From assembly GCA_964202115.1 (NCBI GenBank), contig CAXNIK010000002.1, positions 1 to 40,490 on the forward strand: DNA of 40,490 nt, given 5' to 3'. Shown here piece by piece: positions 1 through 9,650 of the stretch; the first letter of the stretch is position 1, and every line of letters starts with the position of its first letter. The position numbers and the translations under genes were made by a program. The DNA is from Burkholderiales bacterium (GTDB lineage: Bacteria; Pseudomonadota; Gammaproteobacteria; Burkholderiales; SG8-39). The notes under the pieces were generated by a model. The model was not told the origin of the DNA. It saw only the letters and a program-made list of their open reading frames with translations, and did no database searches.

Positions 1-227
1 TGAGAGACTTCAATCTTATTTGACCCACGTGTACACGATTCGGTTTGTAAAGAGCGGCTCAATTCCGATGGATGCAGTTTTAAGAGCGATGAATTGAGTC
101 AATGCGCAGGAGGAAAGGTCTATGAGAAGTATCTGCCTCCCGCTTCGAATTGCTTTTTAGAAAGCCGTGGCCCCGCGATATTTGCCAACACGATTGGCCC
201 TATTAACTTAGCCAGATCAGACCTGTC

Positions 228-1439
228 ATGTCAGACCCCGAACAAACTGTAGAACTGGCCTCGACCGAGGCGCGGCCGAATATGTACGACGAAGACGGAA
301 CTAGCATTCTGGAATTGCTGATTGTTCTGGCCAAGTACAAGATGTTTTTACTCGTTGTGCCGCTGGTTACGGCAATTCTTGGGGCTGGTATCAGTTTGAC
401 CATGACGGATGTTTTTAGGGCGAAGACGAGCATCCTGCCGCCGCAGGGCCAGTCTTCGACGTCGGCCATGCTTGCACAGCAACTTGGTGGTCTGGCCGGG
501 TTGGTTGGTGGAGCGTTGAAGTCACCTAATGATCTCTACATCGGAATGCTGAGGAGTCGAACTGTCGCAGACAACCTCATACAGCGCTTCGATCTCCATA
601 AAGACCAGAAATATCAGTCCGTAACCCGTGCACAACTTGCCGATCGAACCACGATAATGAATGGCAAGGATGGCATTGTTACGATTGAAGTTGATGATGC
701 GGATCCCAAGCGTGCGGCAGAGCTGGCCAACGCCTACGTCGAGGAACTCTTCAAGCTGACAAAGGGACTGGCGCTCACGGAAGCTTCCCAGCGCCGCTTG
801 TTCTTTGAGCGACAGTTCGCCGAAGCTAAGGACAACCTTGCCTCGGCAGAGGCGGCCGCACGGCAGGCACTCGAATCGGGAGGGTTGGTACAGGTTGAAG
901 GGCAAGGCCGGGGGATTGTTGAAACAACAGCACGCCTCCGCGGGCAAATTTCGGTCAAGGAAGTTCAGATCGGTGCGATGCGAACGTTTGCCGCAGACCG
1001 TAACCCGGAATTGCAGCTTGCCCAGCAGGAACTGGATGCAATGAAACGCGAGCTGGGTAGAATCGAGGGCGCTTCTTCGGGGAAGTCTTCGAAAGTGCCA
1101 ATAGGGACGGGTGGTGGAATAAACAGTTTGAATCTTTTGCGCAACGTCAAGTATTACGAGACGATATATGAATTGCTCGCCAGGCAATATGAGCTGGCGA
1201 AGATCGATGAAGCCAAGGACTCATCAGTCGTCCAGGTCATGGACATGGCGGTCCAGCCTGACCTTAAATTCAAACCCAGGCGACGTCAGATCGTGATGCT
1301 GTCTGCTCTGGCGGGAGGTTTCCTGGCCGTGCTTCTGGCATTTGCCATGCACGGGTTGAGCGTTGCAAGGACAAGGCCGGAACACGCGGAGCGAATGGCT
1401 CGTCTGAAGCATCATTTGTCTACAATTCGTGGTGCTTGA
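228..1439 (+). CDS. Polysaccharide co-polymerase / chain-length determinant (Wzz-GumC-EpsF type, no kinase domain)
   Basis: 403-aa ORF with ATG at 228. An N-terminal TM (ILELLIVLAKYKMFLLVVPLVTAILGAGISL) and a C-terminal TM (IVMLSALAGGFLAVLLAFAMHGL) flank a long helical segment (YYETIYELLARQYELAKIDEAKD), the typical PCP-family architecture. Confidence 0.8.
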   Translation: MSDPEQTVELASTEARPNMYDEDGTSILELLIVLAKYKMFLLVVPLVTAILGAGISLTMTDVFRAKTSILPPQGQSSTSAMLAQQLGGLAGLVGGALKSPNDLYIGMLRSRTVADNLIQRFDLHKDQKYQSVTRAQLADRTTIMNGKDGIVTIEVDDADPKRAAELANAYVEELFKLTKGLALTEASQRRLFFERQFAEAKDNLASAEAAARQALESGGLVQVEGQGRGIVETTARLRGQISVKEVQIGAMRTFAADRNPELQLAQQELDAMKRELGRIEGASSGKSSKVPIGTGGGINSLNLLRNVKYYETIYELLARQYELAKIDEAKDSSVVQVMDMAVQPDLKFKPRRRQIVMLSALAGGFLAVLLAFAMHGLSVARTRPEHAERMARLKHHLSTIRGA

Positions 1440-1535
1440 GCGCTTCTGCTTGTACAGATATCGATAAGTTCAGTAAAAAGCAGACTGGGTCTAGTCAATC
1501 CGCAGTTTCGATCAGGCAGAGTGGTGTAGGTAGTC

Positions 1536-3686
1536 ATGAGCAACCCTTCGATGAGCGCAGAATTCCACGGTGGTGATCTGGGCGGTTCCCCGGGAAGTCA
1601 GATACCCAACCAGCACCGCGGCACCACTCCCAACCGATCCCTTGCGGTCGTTGTTATCCTGACCCTGTTTGCAATTGGGTTGATGGTTTTTCCTCGTCAG
1701 CCGCTTTACTATCCCAATGTAGTTATTGAAGCAGCCGAAGGACTGCAGATTGATTTCTTGCTGAATGGTCGGCAAGACCGCAGTTCCTGTGTTTCAGCGG
1801 CAGCTTCCATTGCAAACGCCATAACCTCAAGCTGTATCGAATGCAAGACCCGCAGCCAGACTTGCATCAAAAACCCTTCCGCGGAGCTGCGTCAGCGCTT
1901 TGGAGAAGCGCCTCTTCCCGTACCCTCGGGGCGTTTGCCTAATGGCATAGTCATTTTCAGCCCTCCGGATTCGGGCAATGCCTCGGACCTTGCCTTGGCG
2001 GCCTGCCGGGAAAGTGAGCGTCAAGCCGCGCTTGACGGTGGGAAGGCAAAGGTCAGATGCTATGGCTCCGGTGTGGTACGCCCCTATACAGACTTTGAGA
2101 AGTATCGCGACCAATCCAGCCACACCACATTCACGCTGATGCTCGCTTTCGTCGGTACTCTCATCTTGGGCCTTGTGGCGGCCATTGTCTTTACTCTCAT
2201 TCGCCATCGGCGATTTCTGGCCCATACGGCAAGCGTGCCTGTCGATAACCCAATCTTTCCCACTCATCCCATACTTGAGAAATTCACGCTTGCTGGTGTA
2301 GATGTACTCGTATTAATCGGTACCTTCCTTCTCCTTTCCTGGCCGGCGAGTGAAGACATCAACCGCTGGAGCCGCCTTGACCGGGACACGGTGGTCGGCA
2401 ACGGCGTGATCATTATGCTAACCGTGAGCTGGTTCTGGCTTCTGCTTGAACACTATGCCCGCCGCCGTCCATTCTGGGATGAACTGCGGGAAATATTTCG
2501 TGTACTAATCATTATGTTCATGGTTGCGAGTGCTGCTGCATTTGTGTCAGGACTGGAGACAGGGCGCAGCAGCCATATCATTGCCTGGCTATTGAATTGC
2601 CTGTTGATACCCCTTGGGAGGGCGGGTGCCAAGCAATTGCTGGACGATTTTGGCCTGTGGCAGCGCCCTGCTATCATCATTGGTTCCGGAGAAAATGCCC
2701 GCGATGCATGGCTGGCAATCAAGAACGAGCGTGGCATGGGGTACCGGGTGCTCGGATTCATGGCGGTAAGCTCGAGCGAGGCCGATGACCCGAAGTTTAT
2801 TACCATAGGCAATGAGAGTCTTCCAGTATTTGCTGTGCCATCGTCAGTCGAAGTCCTCCTTGAAAACCTGGGGAGGCCTCAGGTCATCCTCGCTCTGGAT
2901 TCGCTTATGGACCAGGAGTGTCAGCCCCTAGTTCAGCGCTTGCTTGTATCGCATTCAAACATTCACATCGTTCCTTCGATACGTGGCCTGCCTCTTTTCG
3001 GAACCCAACTTTCGCATTTCTTCAGCCACCAGGTCCTGTTTCTCACGGTCAGGAACAATCTGTCCCGACCCGGCTATCAGTGGATAAAGCGAGCTTTCGA
3101 CATTGCCGGAGCCAGTGCGCTTCTGATCATACTGTCACCACTAATGGCGTACGTCGCATGGAGAATATGGCGTGAAGACGGCCGCCCGGTGATTTTTAAA
3201 CAGCCGAGATTGGCTAAGGGAAGCGGCGAATTCGGTTTTCTCAAGTTTCGAAGCATGGTCAAGGATGCCGATAGAATTATTGAAAAGTGGCGCGCGACCA
3301 ATTCTCCAGAATGGCAAGAATACTATGCCAACAACTTCAAATTGAAGAATGATCCTCGAGTACTTGGGGTCGGTTCTTGGATACGAGCGTGGAGCGTGGA
3401 CGAACTGCCTCAGATCATCAACGTACTGAAGGGGGAAATGAGTCTCGTCGGTCCGCGCCCGTTACTTGGTCGTGAATTGTCAGAGTATGGTGACTCCATC
3501 AATTACTATCGTCTTGCCCGCCCCGGGATCACCGGACTCTGGCAGATCAGCGGGCGTAGTCATACAAAGTTTACTGATCGGGCGGTGCTGGATGAGTGGT
3601 ATGTGCAGAACTGGTCGCTCTGGTACGACATTGCCATCCTGGTGAAGACCATCAAGGTCGTGTTGCAGGGGCGGGGTGCGTATTGA
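1536..3686 (+). CDS. Initiating polyprenyl-phosphate glycosylphosphotransferase (WbaP-like bacterial sugar transferase) with about 200-aa N-terminal extension
   Basis: 716-aa ORF with ATG at 1536. C-terminal hallmark motifs are present: KRAFDIAGASALLIILSPLMAYVAW, PVIFKQPRLAKGSGEFGFLKFRSM, DELPQIINVLKGEMSLVGPRP, PGITGLWQISGRS. Central region has TM helices and a CoA-binding-like segment (PAIIIGSGENA). Confidence 0.88.
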   Translation: MSNPSMSAEFHGGDLGGSPGSQIPNQHRGTTPNRSLAVVVILTLFAIGLMVFPRQPLYYPNVVIEAAEGLQIDFLLNGRQDRSSCVSAAASIANAITSSCIECKTRSQTCIKNPSAELRQRFGEAPLPVPSGRLPNGIVIFSPPDSGNASDLALAACRESERQAALDGGKAKVRCYGSGVVRPYTDFEKYRDQSSHTTFTLMLAFVGTLILGLVAAIVFTLIRHRRFLAHTASVPVDNPIFPTHPILEKFTLAGVDVLVLIGTFLLLSWPASEDINRWSRLDRDTVVGNGVIIMLTVSWFWLLLEHYARRRPFWDELREIFRVLIIMFMVASAAAFVSGLETGRSSHIIAWLLNCLLIPLGRAGAKQLLDDFGLWQRPAIIIGSGENARDAWLAIKNERGMGYRVLGFMAVSSSEADDPKFITIGNESLPVFAVPSSVEVLLENLGRPQVILALDSLMDQECQPLVQRLLVSHSNIHIVPSIRGLPLFGTQLSHFFSHQVLFLTVRNNLSRPGYQWIKRAFDIAGASALLIILSPLMAYVAWRIWREDGRPVIFKQPRLAKGSGEFGFLKFRSMVKDADRIIEKWRATNSPEWQEYYANNFKLKNDPRVLGVGSWIRAWSVDELPQIINVLKGEMSLVGPRPLLGRELSEYGDSINYYRLARPGITGLWQISGRSHTKFTDRAVLDEWYVQNWSLWYDIAILVKTIKVVLQGRGAY

Positions 3687-3717
3687 TCAACCGGATGGAG
3701 GCGGCCCGGAGTCGGGA

Positions 3718-4464
3718 ATGCCTCAGCAAGGGCGATTCTCAGCAGCCATGAATCCGGCGAGCGTGAAAACCACCATGCAGCAATCCAGCAGCAACTTGAC
3801 CACGCTGGCCAAAGCGCACCGTTACAACGGTTACATCGTCGACAATGTCAGACGGTATCTCGGAGACCGGGTGCTCGACATCGGCTGCGGTATTGGAAAT
3901 ACCACGGCTTTTCTGCAGCGGCCGTTTGTGCTCGGAATAGACACTTCCGAGTCCTGCCTTGCGCAGTTCCGGTCGCGGTTTCCCGACATCGAGGCGCGAA
4001 ATATCGACATGTCCCGTGATGACAGCGTCGCCGCATTGCTGCCGTACCGGTTCGACACGATATTTAGTTCCAATGTGATTGAGCACATCGAGGATGACGA
4101 CGCCGTCCTGGCTCATGCATACGAAGTGCTGGTTCCCGGAGGGGTGCTTGCCCTCGTGTTGCCGAACTACCCCTGGCTCTACAGCGCGCAGGATGAGTAC
4201 GTGCGGCATTTCCGGCGCTACCGGCAGGGTGAGCTTCGCAGTCAGGTCGAGCGGGCTGGATTCCGCTCGGAAGCGAGTTTCTGCATCAATTTCCCCGGGG
4301 TTTTCTGGTGGTTGCTCACCAGCAAGCTGTTGCGCAAGCGCGCGCTCTCGGACTGGGAGCCCGGCCTCATTGATTCCGTCATCCCCGTGGTGAGGCTGCT
4401 GGATGTCCTGACCCTGCACAGCATCGGACTGTCCGTTGTCCAGATCGCCCGCAAGCCAGGCTGA
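3718..4464 (+). CDS. Class I SAM-dependent methyltransferase
   Basis: SAM-binding motif VLDIGCGIGNTTAFL, and LVPGGVLALVLPN. The ORF opens at GTG 3676 (11-nt overlap with the upstream gene). ATG 3718 is preceded by GGAG at a 6-nt spacing and is preferred; the start remains uncertain. Confidence 0.8.
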   Translation: MPQQGRFSAAMNPASVKTTMQQSSSNLTTLAKAHRYNGYIVDNVRRYLGDRVLDIGCGIGNTTAFLQRPFVLGIDTSESCLAQFRSRFPDIEARNIDMSRDDSVAALLPYRFDTIFSSNVIEHIEDDDAVLAHAYEVLVPGGVLALVLPNYPWLYSAQDEYVRHFRRYRQGELRSQVERAGFRSEASFCINFPGVFWWLLTSKLLRKRALSDWEPGLIDSVIPVVRLLDVLTLHSIGLSVVQIARKPG

Positions 4465-6196
4465 CAGCGGCGATCGCCTGCGTCGAGGCGGAGCCGCCCG
4501 GTTCGGGAAGGATGCGTGGGCGCTGCCGCTGGCGGCGTTGGTCATCACCGCGGCGGTCGGCGCCATTGCGGCCATTCCATCTCCTGCCTACTTTCTCGTG
4601 CACATGGTGAATGATCCGGTGCTGTATTTCGTCATGGCTAGGGCCTTCGCTCAGCACGGGACAGCCGTGACATCCATGGCCGAGAACACTGCGCCATTCA
4701 CCTATGCTTTTGGCATGGCCTATGTCTATGGCTGGGTGTTCAAGCTGTTTTCGACCTATGAGCAGCAGATCCGCGGTATCCAGGCGGTCAACCTGCTGCT
4801 CATATTCGCCTATCTCGCCCTGTCTCTGCGCTTCGTTGCCGCGGTGCTGCCGCGCCTGCCCGTCGCCCTCTTCGCCGCGATTTTCGGCAGCGCCATGCTT
4901 CTGGATTACCGCTGGCACAACGCCGCGCTGATGCCCAATTCGGACATCCTGCCCGGCGTGCTGACCATGGCGGCGATCTTGATTGCCCGGCCGGCGTTTC
5001 AGCCCGGGCCGCAGCAGCTTGGGGGCCCGGGCATGGCTGCGCGCGCGCTGGCGGTTACGGTGCTCGGCGGCATGGGGTTGTTTGTCAAAATGTCCCTGGT
5101 TATCCTGCCGCTCGCATTTTTCTTCCTGCTGGCGATGGACAAGGGTGGCCAGCGCGGTGCCTGGTTCCGCCGCTTTCTTCTGCCGGCCATTCTGCTGGGC
5201 CTGCTGGCGCTGTTTTACGCCAACAAGGAAGTGGCCACGTATTATCTCTACGTCCTTTTCAACAGCTATCTGTTTCCCAGCGGCGAGATCTCTGCGGCGG
5301 GATTCGGCAAATCGCTGGTTAACTGGGTGGCGAACTTGGTCTTCTCTGCCCTGCCGGGGGCGATCATTCCCAAGTCACGGCACCTGTTCTTCAACGACAT
5401 GGCATTTCCGGCCGACGCCTTTCAGGCGGGGACCTATACCGGCCGGGTGGCGCTCGGAATGATTCTGGGGGCGGCGGTCACCGGCATCATGGCTCTTGGA
5501 GCTAGCCGGCTATGGATGCGCTGCCGCTATGAATTCGTCTGCCTAATGTTATGCCTGCCGGTCTTTGCCGTCGTCCACGACAGTACTGCGCGCTACCTGA
5601 TACCGTTCCAGGCTTTGGCATGGGTGGCCTTCATTGCCGGTTTGCCGCAGGGCCTTCCCCATGCATTGCAGCGGCACCGTGCACCCGTGGCGGTAGGCGC
5701 TGCCGTGCTGATAGCCGTTTTCATCGCCTTGCAGGCAAGGTTCTTCTGGAACAGGCCTGAAGGAGACTTGGGAAAGCTGGCTCACATCAGGGAGGCCGGC
5801 AGAGTCTATGGGGAGGCGCTGGCCGCACTGCGGACATTGCCGCTGGGGGACACCCGTCTGCTGCATTTCGACGAGCCGCAAAACCGCAGCACCGCATGGC
5901 GCGTTGCTACCGACCTAACCTTTTATGCGCCCGATGCCGATCTTCCGCAGGTTGCCGCCAATTATCGCACGCTGTTTGTGGTGGGCTGCGTCGACACGGG
6001 GTGCGATCTATTCGACAAGTCGTTCTCCGAGGCTATCTCCGCGATCCGCAAAACGGGCGATTTTGAGTTCGCCCTGGTGAAATCGCTCAGTTCAAGCGTG
6101 GCAAGGGTGGAGATTCATGCGATTAGGGCTGTCACGAAGCAGGCCGGTAACCGCCTTAACGAGAATGCGACAACTCTGGATGCGTTGTATGACTGA
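4436..6196 (+). CDS. Large polytopic membrane protein, putative GT-C-fold (ArnT/PMT/GtrC-like) glycosyltransferase
   Basis: 586-aa ORF with 10 or more hydrophobic helices followed by a soluble C-terminal domain of about 150 aa. It lies immediately upstream of a GtrB-like/GtrA-like pair. Start is uncertain: TTG 4436, TTG 4538 or ATG 4604. The functional call is contextual only. Confidence 0.5.
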   Translation: MSRSPASQADSGDRLRRGGAARFGKDAWALPLAALVITAAVGAIAAIPSPAYFLVHMVNDPVLYFVMARAFAQHGTAVTSMAENTAPFTYAFGMAYVYGWVFKLFSTYEQQIRGIQAVNLLLIFAYLALSLRFVAAVLPRLPVALFAAIFGSAMLLDYRWHNAALMPNSDILPGVLTMAAILIARPAFQPGPQQLGGPGMAARALAVTVLGGMGLFVKMSLVILPLAFFFLLAMDKGGQRGAWFRRFLLPAILLGLLALFYANKEVATYYLYVLFNSYLFPSGEISAAGFGKSLVNWVANLVFSALPGAIIPKSRHLFFNDMAFPADAFQAGTYTGRVALGMILGAAVTGIMALGASRLWMRCRYEFVCLMLCLPVFAVVHDSTARYLIPFQALAWVAFIAGLPQGLPHALQRHRAPVAVGAAVLIAVFIALQARFFWNRPEGDLGKLAHIREAGRVYGEALAALRTLPLGDTRLLHFDEPQNRSTAWRVATDLTFYAPDADLPQVAANYRTLFVVGCVDTGCDLFDKSFSEAISAIRKTGDFEFALVKSLSSSVARVEIHAIRAVTKQAGNRLNENATTLDALYD

Positions 6197-6330
6197 ACCT
6201 CATGCCGCAGTTGGACAATGGTGAGCCGTTTGATACGATGCGCGCGGACCGGCGGGGCGTGCAGGAATAGTCAGGCGCCCAGTCAGGCGACCCCGATTTC
6301 CGGGCCTATGCAGGCTGGAGCAGAACTACC

Positions 6331-7293
6331 ATGTTGATCAGCATCGTCGTACCTTGTTACAACGAGGAGGCCAATGTCGGCCAGGCGTATGAGGGCATAC
6401 GCGCGGCGTTTGCCGCGATTCCCGACCATGCCTACGAGATCATCTTCATCGACAACGCCTCCACCGACCTGACCGTGGACCGGGTCAAGGCCATGGCTGC
6501 TGCGGATCGCAACGTGCGCCTCATCGTCAATGCACGAAATTTCGGCCATATCCGATCGCCGGTGCACGCACTGTTTCAGGCTCGCGGCGACGCGGTGATC
6601 GTCATGGCCGCAGATCTGCAGGACCCGCCGTCGCTGATTCCCCAGTTTGTCGCAAAATGGGAGGAGGGATACCGGATCACCGTCGGTGTCAAGGCGAACA
6701 GCCTCGAAATGCCGCTGATGACATTTGTCCGCCGCCTTTACTATCGGGTGGTCGGGGCGATTGCGGATGTGGAACTGATCCCCGATTTTACCGGCTTCGG
6801 GCTCTATGACCGCAGTGTCGTCGAAATCATGCGCAAGTTCGATGATCCCTATCCCTATTTCCGGGGGATTATTTCCGAGATAGGGTTCAGCGTCGCCCAC
6901 ATTCCCTACACCAAACCGCGCCGGTCGCGCGGCATCACGAAGAACAATTTCTACACCTTGTATGACATGGCAATGCTGGGCATCACCAGCCATTCCAAGG
7001 TGCCGATACGGCTGGCTACCATGGCGGGCTTTGCGCTTTCCCTGGTGAGTTTCCTTATCTCGCTGACCTATCTGGTGCTCAAGCTGTTGTTCTGGGAGGA
7101 TTTCCAGTTCGGTACCGCCCCCATCCTCATCGGTTTGTACTTCTTTTCCTCCGTTCAGCTTTTTTTCATCGGCCTGCTCGGGGAATACGTGGCCACCATA
7201 CATACCCAGGTGCTGAAACGCCCCCTGGTGATCGAGCGGGAACGCGTGAACTTCGAAGCTCCGGAGGGTACAGCGGCCGCGCCGCCGCCATGA
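6331..7293 (+). CDS. GT2 polyprenyl-phosphate glycosyltransferase (GtrB/ArnC/DPM1-like) with two C-terminal TM helices
   Basis: N-terminus LISIVVPCYNEEANV...IIFIDNASTD, a DxD-type region (VMAADLQDP), and C-terminal TM helices (PIRLATMAGFALSLVSFLISLTYLV; ILIGLYFFSSVQLFFIGLLGEY). Confidence 0.85.
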   Translation: MLISIVVPCYNEEANVGQAYEGIRAAFAAIPDHAYEIIFIDNASTDLTVDRVKAMAAADRNVRLIVNARNFGHIRSPVHALFQARGDAVIVMAADLQDPPSLIPQFVAKWEEGYRITVGVKANSLEMPLMTFVRRLYYRVVGAIADVELIPDFTGFGLYDRSVVEIMRKFDDPYPYFRGIISEIGFSVAHIPYTKPRRSRGITKNNFYTLYDMAMLGITSHSKVPIRLATMAGFALSLVSFLISLTYLVLKLLFWEDFQFGTAPILIGLYFFSSVQLFFIGLLGEYVATIHTQVLKRPLVIERERVNFEAPEGTAAAPPP

Positions 7294-7697
7294 GCATCAG
7301 CCCGCGCAAGCTGTGGAGCAGCGACAAGGTCCGTTTTCTGGTGGTGGGTTCCTACAACACGCTGTTCGGCTTCGTCGCCTTTGCCCTGCTGTATGCATGG
7401 CTGGGAGATCCCCTGCATTATCTGGTGATCGCCACCATCTCGCACTTCATTGCCGTGACCAATGCCTATTTCTCACATCGTGTACTGGTCTTTCGCGCGC
7501 AAGGCGCGTTGCTGCCGGCGTACCTGCGCTTCAACGTTGCAACGCTTGGGACGCTGGTCGGCGGATTGACGCTCATGGCGCTACTGGTGGATCTGGGTGG
7601 TTTCAACCCACTGCTTGCGCAGGGCGTGGTGGTGATGGTCAATGCCGTATTCAGCTATTTCACCCACAAGCTGTACACCTTCGGCTTGCCGTCCTGA
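7290..7697 (+). CDS. GtrA-family small membrane protein
   Basis: 135 aa with 4 predicted TM helices, VRFLVVGSYNTLFGFVAFALLY and a C-terminal NAVFSYFTHKLYTF motif. ATGA overlap (7290-7293) with the upstream GtrB-like gene. Confidence 0.8.
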   Translation: MSISPRKLWSSDKVRFLVVGSYNTLFGFVAFALLYAWLGDPLHYLVIATISHFIAVTNAYFSHRVLVFRAQGALLPAYLRFNVATLGTLVGGLTLMALLVDLGGFNPLLAQGVVVMVNAVFSYFTHKLYTFGLPS

Positions 7698-7738
7698 GCG
7701 GCAGGGATGCCCAGGGAGGCATCATCGCCGTCCCGGAG

Positions 7739-9361
7739 TCAAGGAGAGCCACCGTCCTGGAATCTGGGCCGCTTGTAATCGAAAATGCGATCGGCGTTGT
7801 AACGGCTGGAATGGATTCTGTCGGGCCAGAGCAGCACCCGCACCGTGCCCTGAAAGGGGAAATGCGGTTCCGTCAGGCTTTCGGCACTCCTGACCCTGGA
7901 ATAGAACCAGGTACCGGTGAAATCCATTTCCTGCCCGTTGGTCGCGGCCTCAAACACCGGCGAAGCTCCGCTCGCTCTGAACTCCATGACGCTTTGCTGC
8001 ACTGCAGCGATATCCTGGCGCGATACCGTGCCATCTGGAAAGAGATACTTTTCAAGGGCAATCTGGGTTGTCGAAATTGCCTGCGGCAGGAGGGCCAGAT
8101 GTGTCGCCAGCATCGCAAGCAGGACTATGCCCGCCGCCCGCGCGGAGAAAACGTCCAAAAGAGCCCGGATGAAAAGCACGGCAAGAACGGCTGCGGCTGG
8201 ATAGCCGTAGTGGGTGAAATCGCCGGCGCCGACGCGGACGACCACGAATGCGACCACCACCAGCATGATGGTCCAGAAGGCATAGAAGCGCGCTCGTTCG
8301 TCGCCCAGCCATGCCAGGATCCGGGTATCGGGACTGTCGTCTGCCAACGCCGCCGTGCGCACGTGCAGCCTACAGGTTTTCCATATTCCGACTGTGATAA
8401 CGGCAAGCACAGCCAACCCAACCAGTGTTGTCACTGCCGGATGGCCGAGTGACGACCCGAGTATCATGATTTCGGCACGCCAGAACAATCCGTTCACCAA
8501 ATGCCAGATTGCTGCTGGCTTCAGGAACTCACTTCCACCTGATGCGGAGGCGGCGAGCGCCAGAAACTCGGGGGCGGCACCACCGAAAAATACCGCAGAG
8601 ATCCCGAAGCAGGAAAACATCACCGTGAATGCGGCAGCCGTTCCGAGAAGGAGCGCTTTCAGGATCCTGACGTGCGTGGAGTACGGTCCCGAGACCAGGT
8701 CAGGACTGGCAAGGTTGATGTGTGCCACATGCAGGAAGGTCAGCAGCATCGCCGCGAACAAGCCGAGTTCATCGGAGAATGCCGCAGGGGCCAGCCAGAA
8801 GAACTTCATGACTTTGCTGCGCGCGATGAAATGGCACAGCACGAAGGCTACCCACACATACTTCGCATACAGGACCAGCAGCATGACCGGACTCATCACC
8901 AAAGCCGTGGTGCAGACAGCCAGCCATGCCAGTGCGAAAAGGGTTGTTCGCGTCCGGAAGTCGGGCACGACCCTGGTGGCAAGCCAAGCCATCAATGCAC
9001 CATTCAATGTCATCAGGGCCATCATCCAGACATTGAACATGGGGGAGGGGAGCATCCATCGGGTCAGTCCGTCAAGCCCGTACAGCGCCGCTTGGATGAC
9101 GCGGCCCCTGCTCATGTCGTAGTTGTTGGACGATCTAAGGGAATAGAAAACCGCCTTGACGGCGCTCTTCGCACCGCCTCCGTCTTCCCGGAAATGGTCG
9201 ACATTCACCTGCCAGAAATGCATGAAGCGGATCGAATCGGGAGAAAGAGTCACCAAGGGCGATTTCAACAGCACGATGTGGAAGAATATCGCCAGCAGAG
9301 CCAGCACCACGGCTGCCTTGGCCAGCGTCATCAGCCCCTGTTTTCTGCCTGTGTCTTGCAT
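7739..9361 (-). CDS. Large polytopic membrane protein with C-terminal periplasmic domain, putative GT-C-type glycosyltransferase
   Basis: The ORF opens at TTG 9385; the first ATG is at 9361 and another ATG is at 9331. It has 10 or more TM helices and a soluble C-terminal domain of about 110 aa. It is convergent with gtrA-like and divergent from a second GtrB-like gene. Function is inferred from context and topology only. Confidence 0.45.
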   Translation of the reverse strand: MQDTGRKQGLMTLAKAAVVLALLAIFFHIVLLKSPLVTLSPDSIRFMHFWQVNVDHFREDGGGAKSAVKAVFYSLRSSNNYDMSRGRVIQAALYGLDGLTRWMLPSPMFNVWMMALMTLNGALMAWLATRVVPDFRTRTTLFALAWLAVCTTALVMSPVMLLVLYAKYVWVAFVLCHFIARSKVMKFFWLAPAAFSDELGLFAAMLLTFLHVAHINLASPDLVSGPYSTHVRILKALLLGTAAAFTVMFSCFGISAVFFGGAAPEFLALAASASGGSEFLKPAAIWHLVNGLFWRAEIMILGSSLGHPAVTTLVGLAVLAVITVGIWKTCRLHVRTAALADDSPDTRILAWLGDERARFYAFWTIMLVVVAFVVVRVGAGDFTHYGYPAAAVLAVLFIRALLDVFSARAAGIVLLAMLATHLALLPQAISTTQIALEKYLFPDGTVSRQDIAAVQQSVMEFRASGASPVFEAATNGQEMDFTGTWFYSRVRSAESLTEPHFPFQGTVRVLLWPDRIHSSRYNADRIFDYKRPRFQDGGSP

Positions 9362-9650
9362 GGTTGAAGCAGTTTTCGTCCGCAATTGTCCCGCGCGGCC
9401 ACTGGGCGACTTTGACGGGGTAAGCTGTGAATTCTCTCACGATCGCCGACCATCGGACCGGAACCAGGCCCTGCCGGATCTTTCGAGGGCATGCACGGCG
9501 CGCGCATTGACGCGTGCGGCGGCGATAGCTGGGATAATGCAAGCAGTTGCCCATCTGACATCGTCACTGGCGGGTTTCCCGCTGTGTCCGGACTGGCAGC
9601 AATTCCGATTTTCATGATAAGGCGCGTTCTTGAGCCTTTTGGGAGCGTAT

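Noticed and set aside
3739-4918. Antisense ORFs 3739..4575 (278 aa) and 4379..4918 (179 aa)
   Set aside because: They lie opposite a methyltransferase with a clear SAM motif and a multi-TM protein. They are Arg/Gly-rich with no motifs, consistent with a high-GC artefact.
6269-6292. Tandem 12-mer agtcaggcgccc / agtcaggcgacc upstream of the GtrB-like gene
   Set aside because: It has only two copies and is short, so it could be a chance duplication. It is not enough to call a regulatory repeat.
7706-7723. Hairpin gatgcc-caggga-ggcatc between the convergent gtrA-like and membrane protein genes, considered as a bidirectional terminator
   Set aside because: The stem is only 6 bp, is not GC-rich enough, and has no flanking T/A runs.
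7313-8452. 379-aa + strand ORF running through the gtrA-like gene in another frame and antisense to the membrane protein gene
   Set aside because: Its composition is Arg/Gly/Ala/Cys-rich and it has no motifs. It overlaps two ORFs with clear family or topology signals. This is a typical shadow ORF of high-GC DNA.
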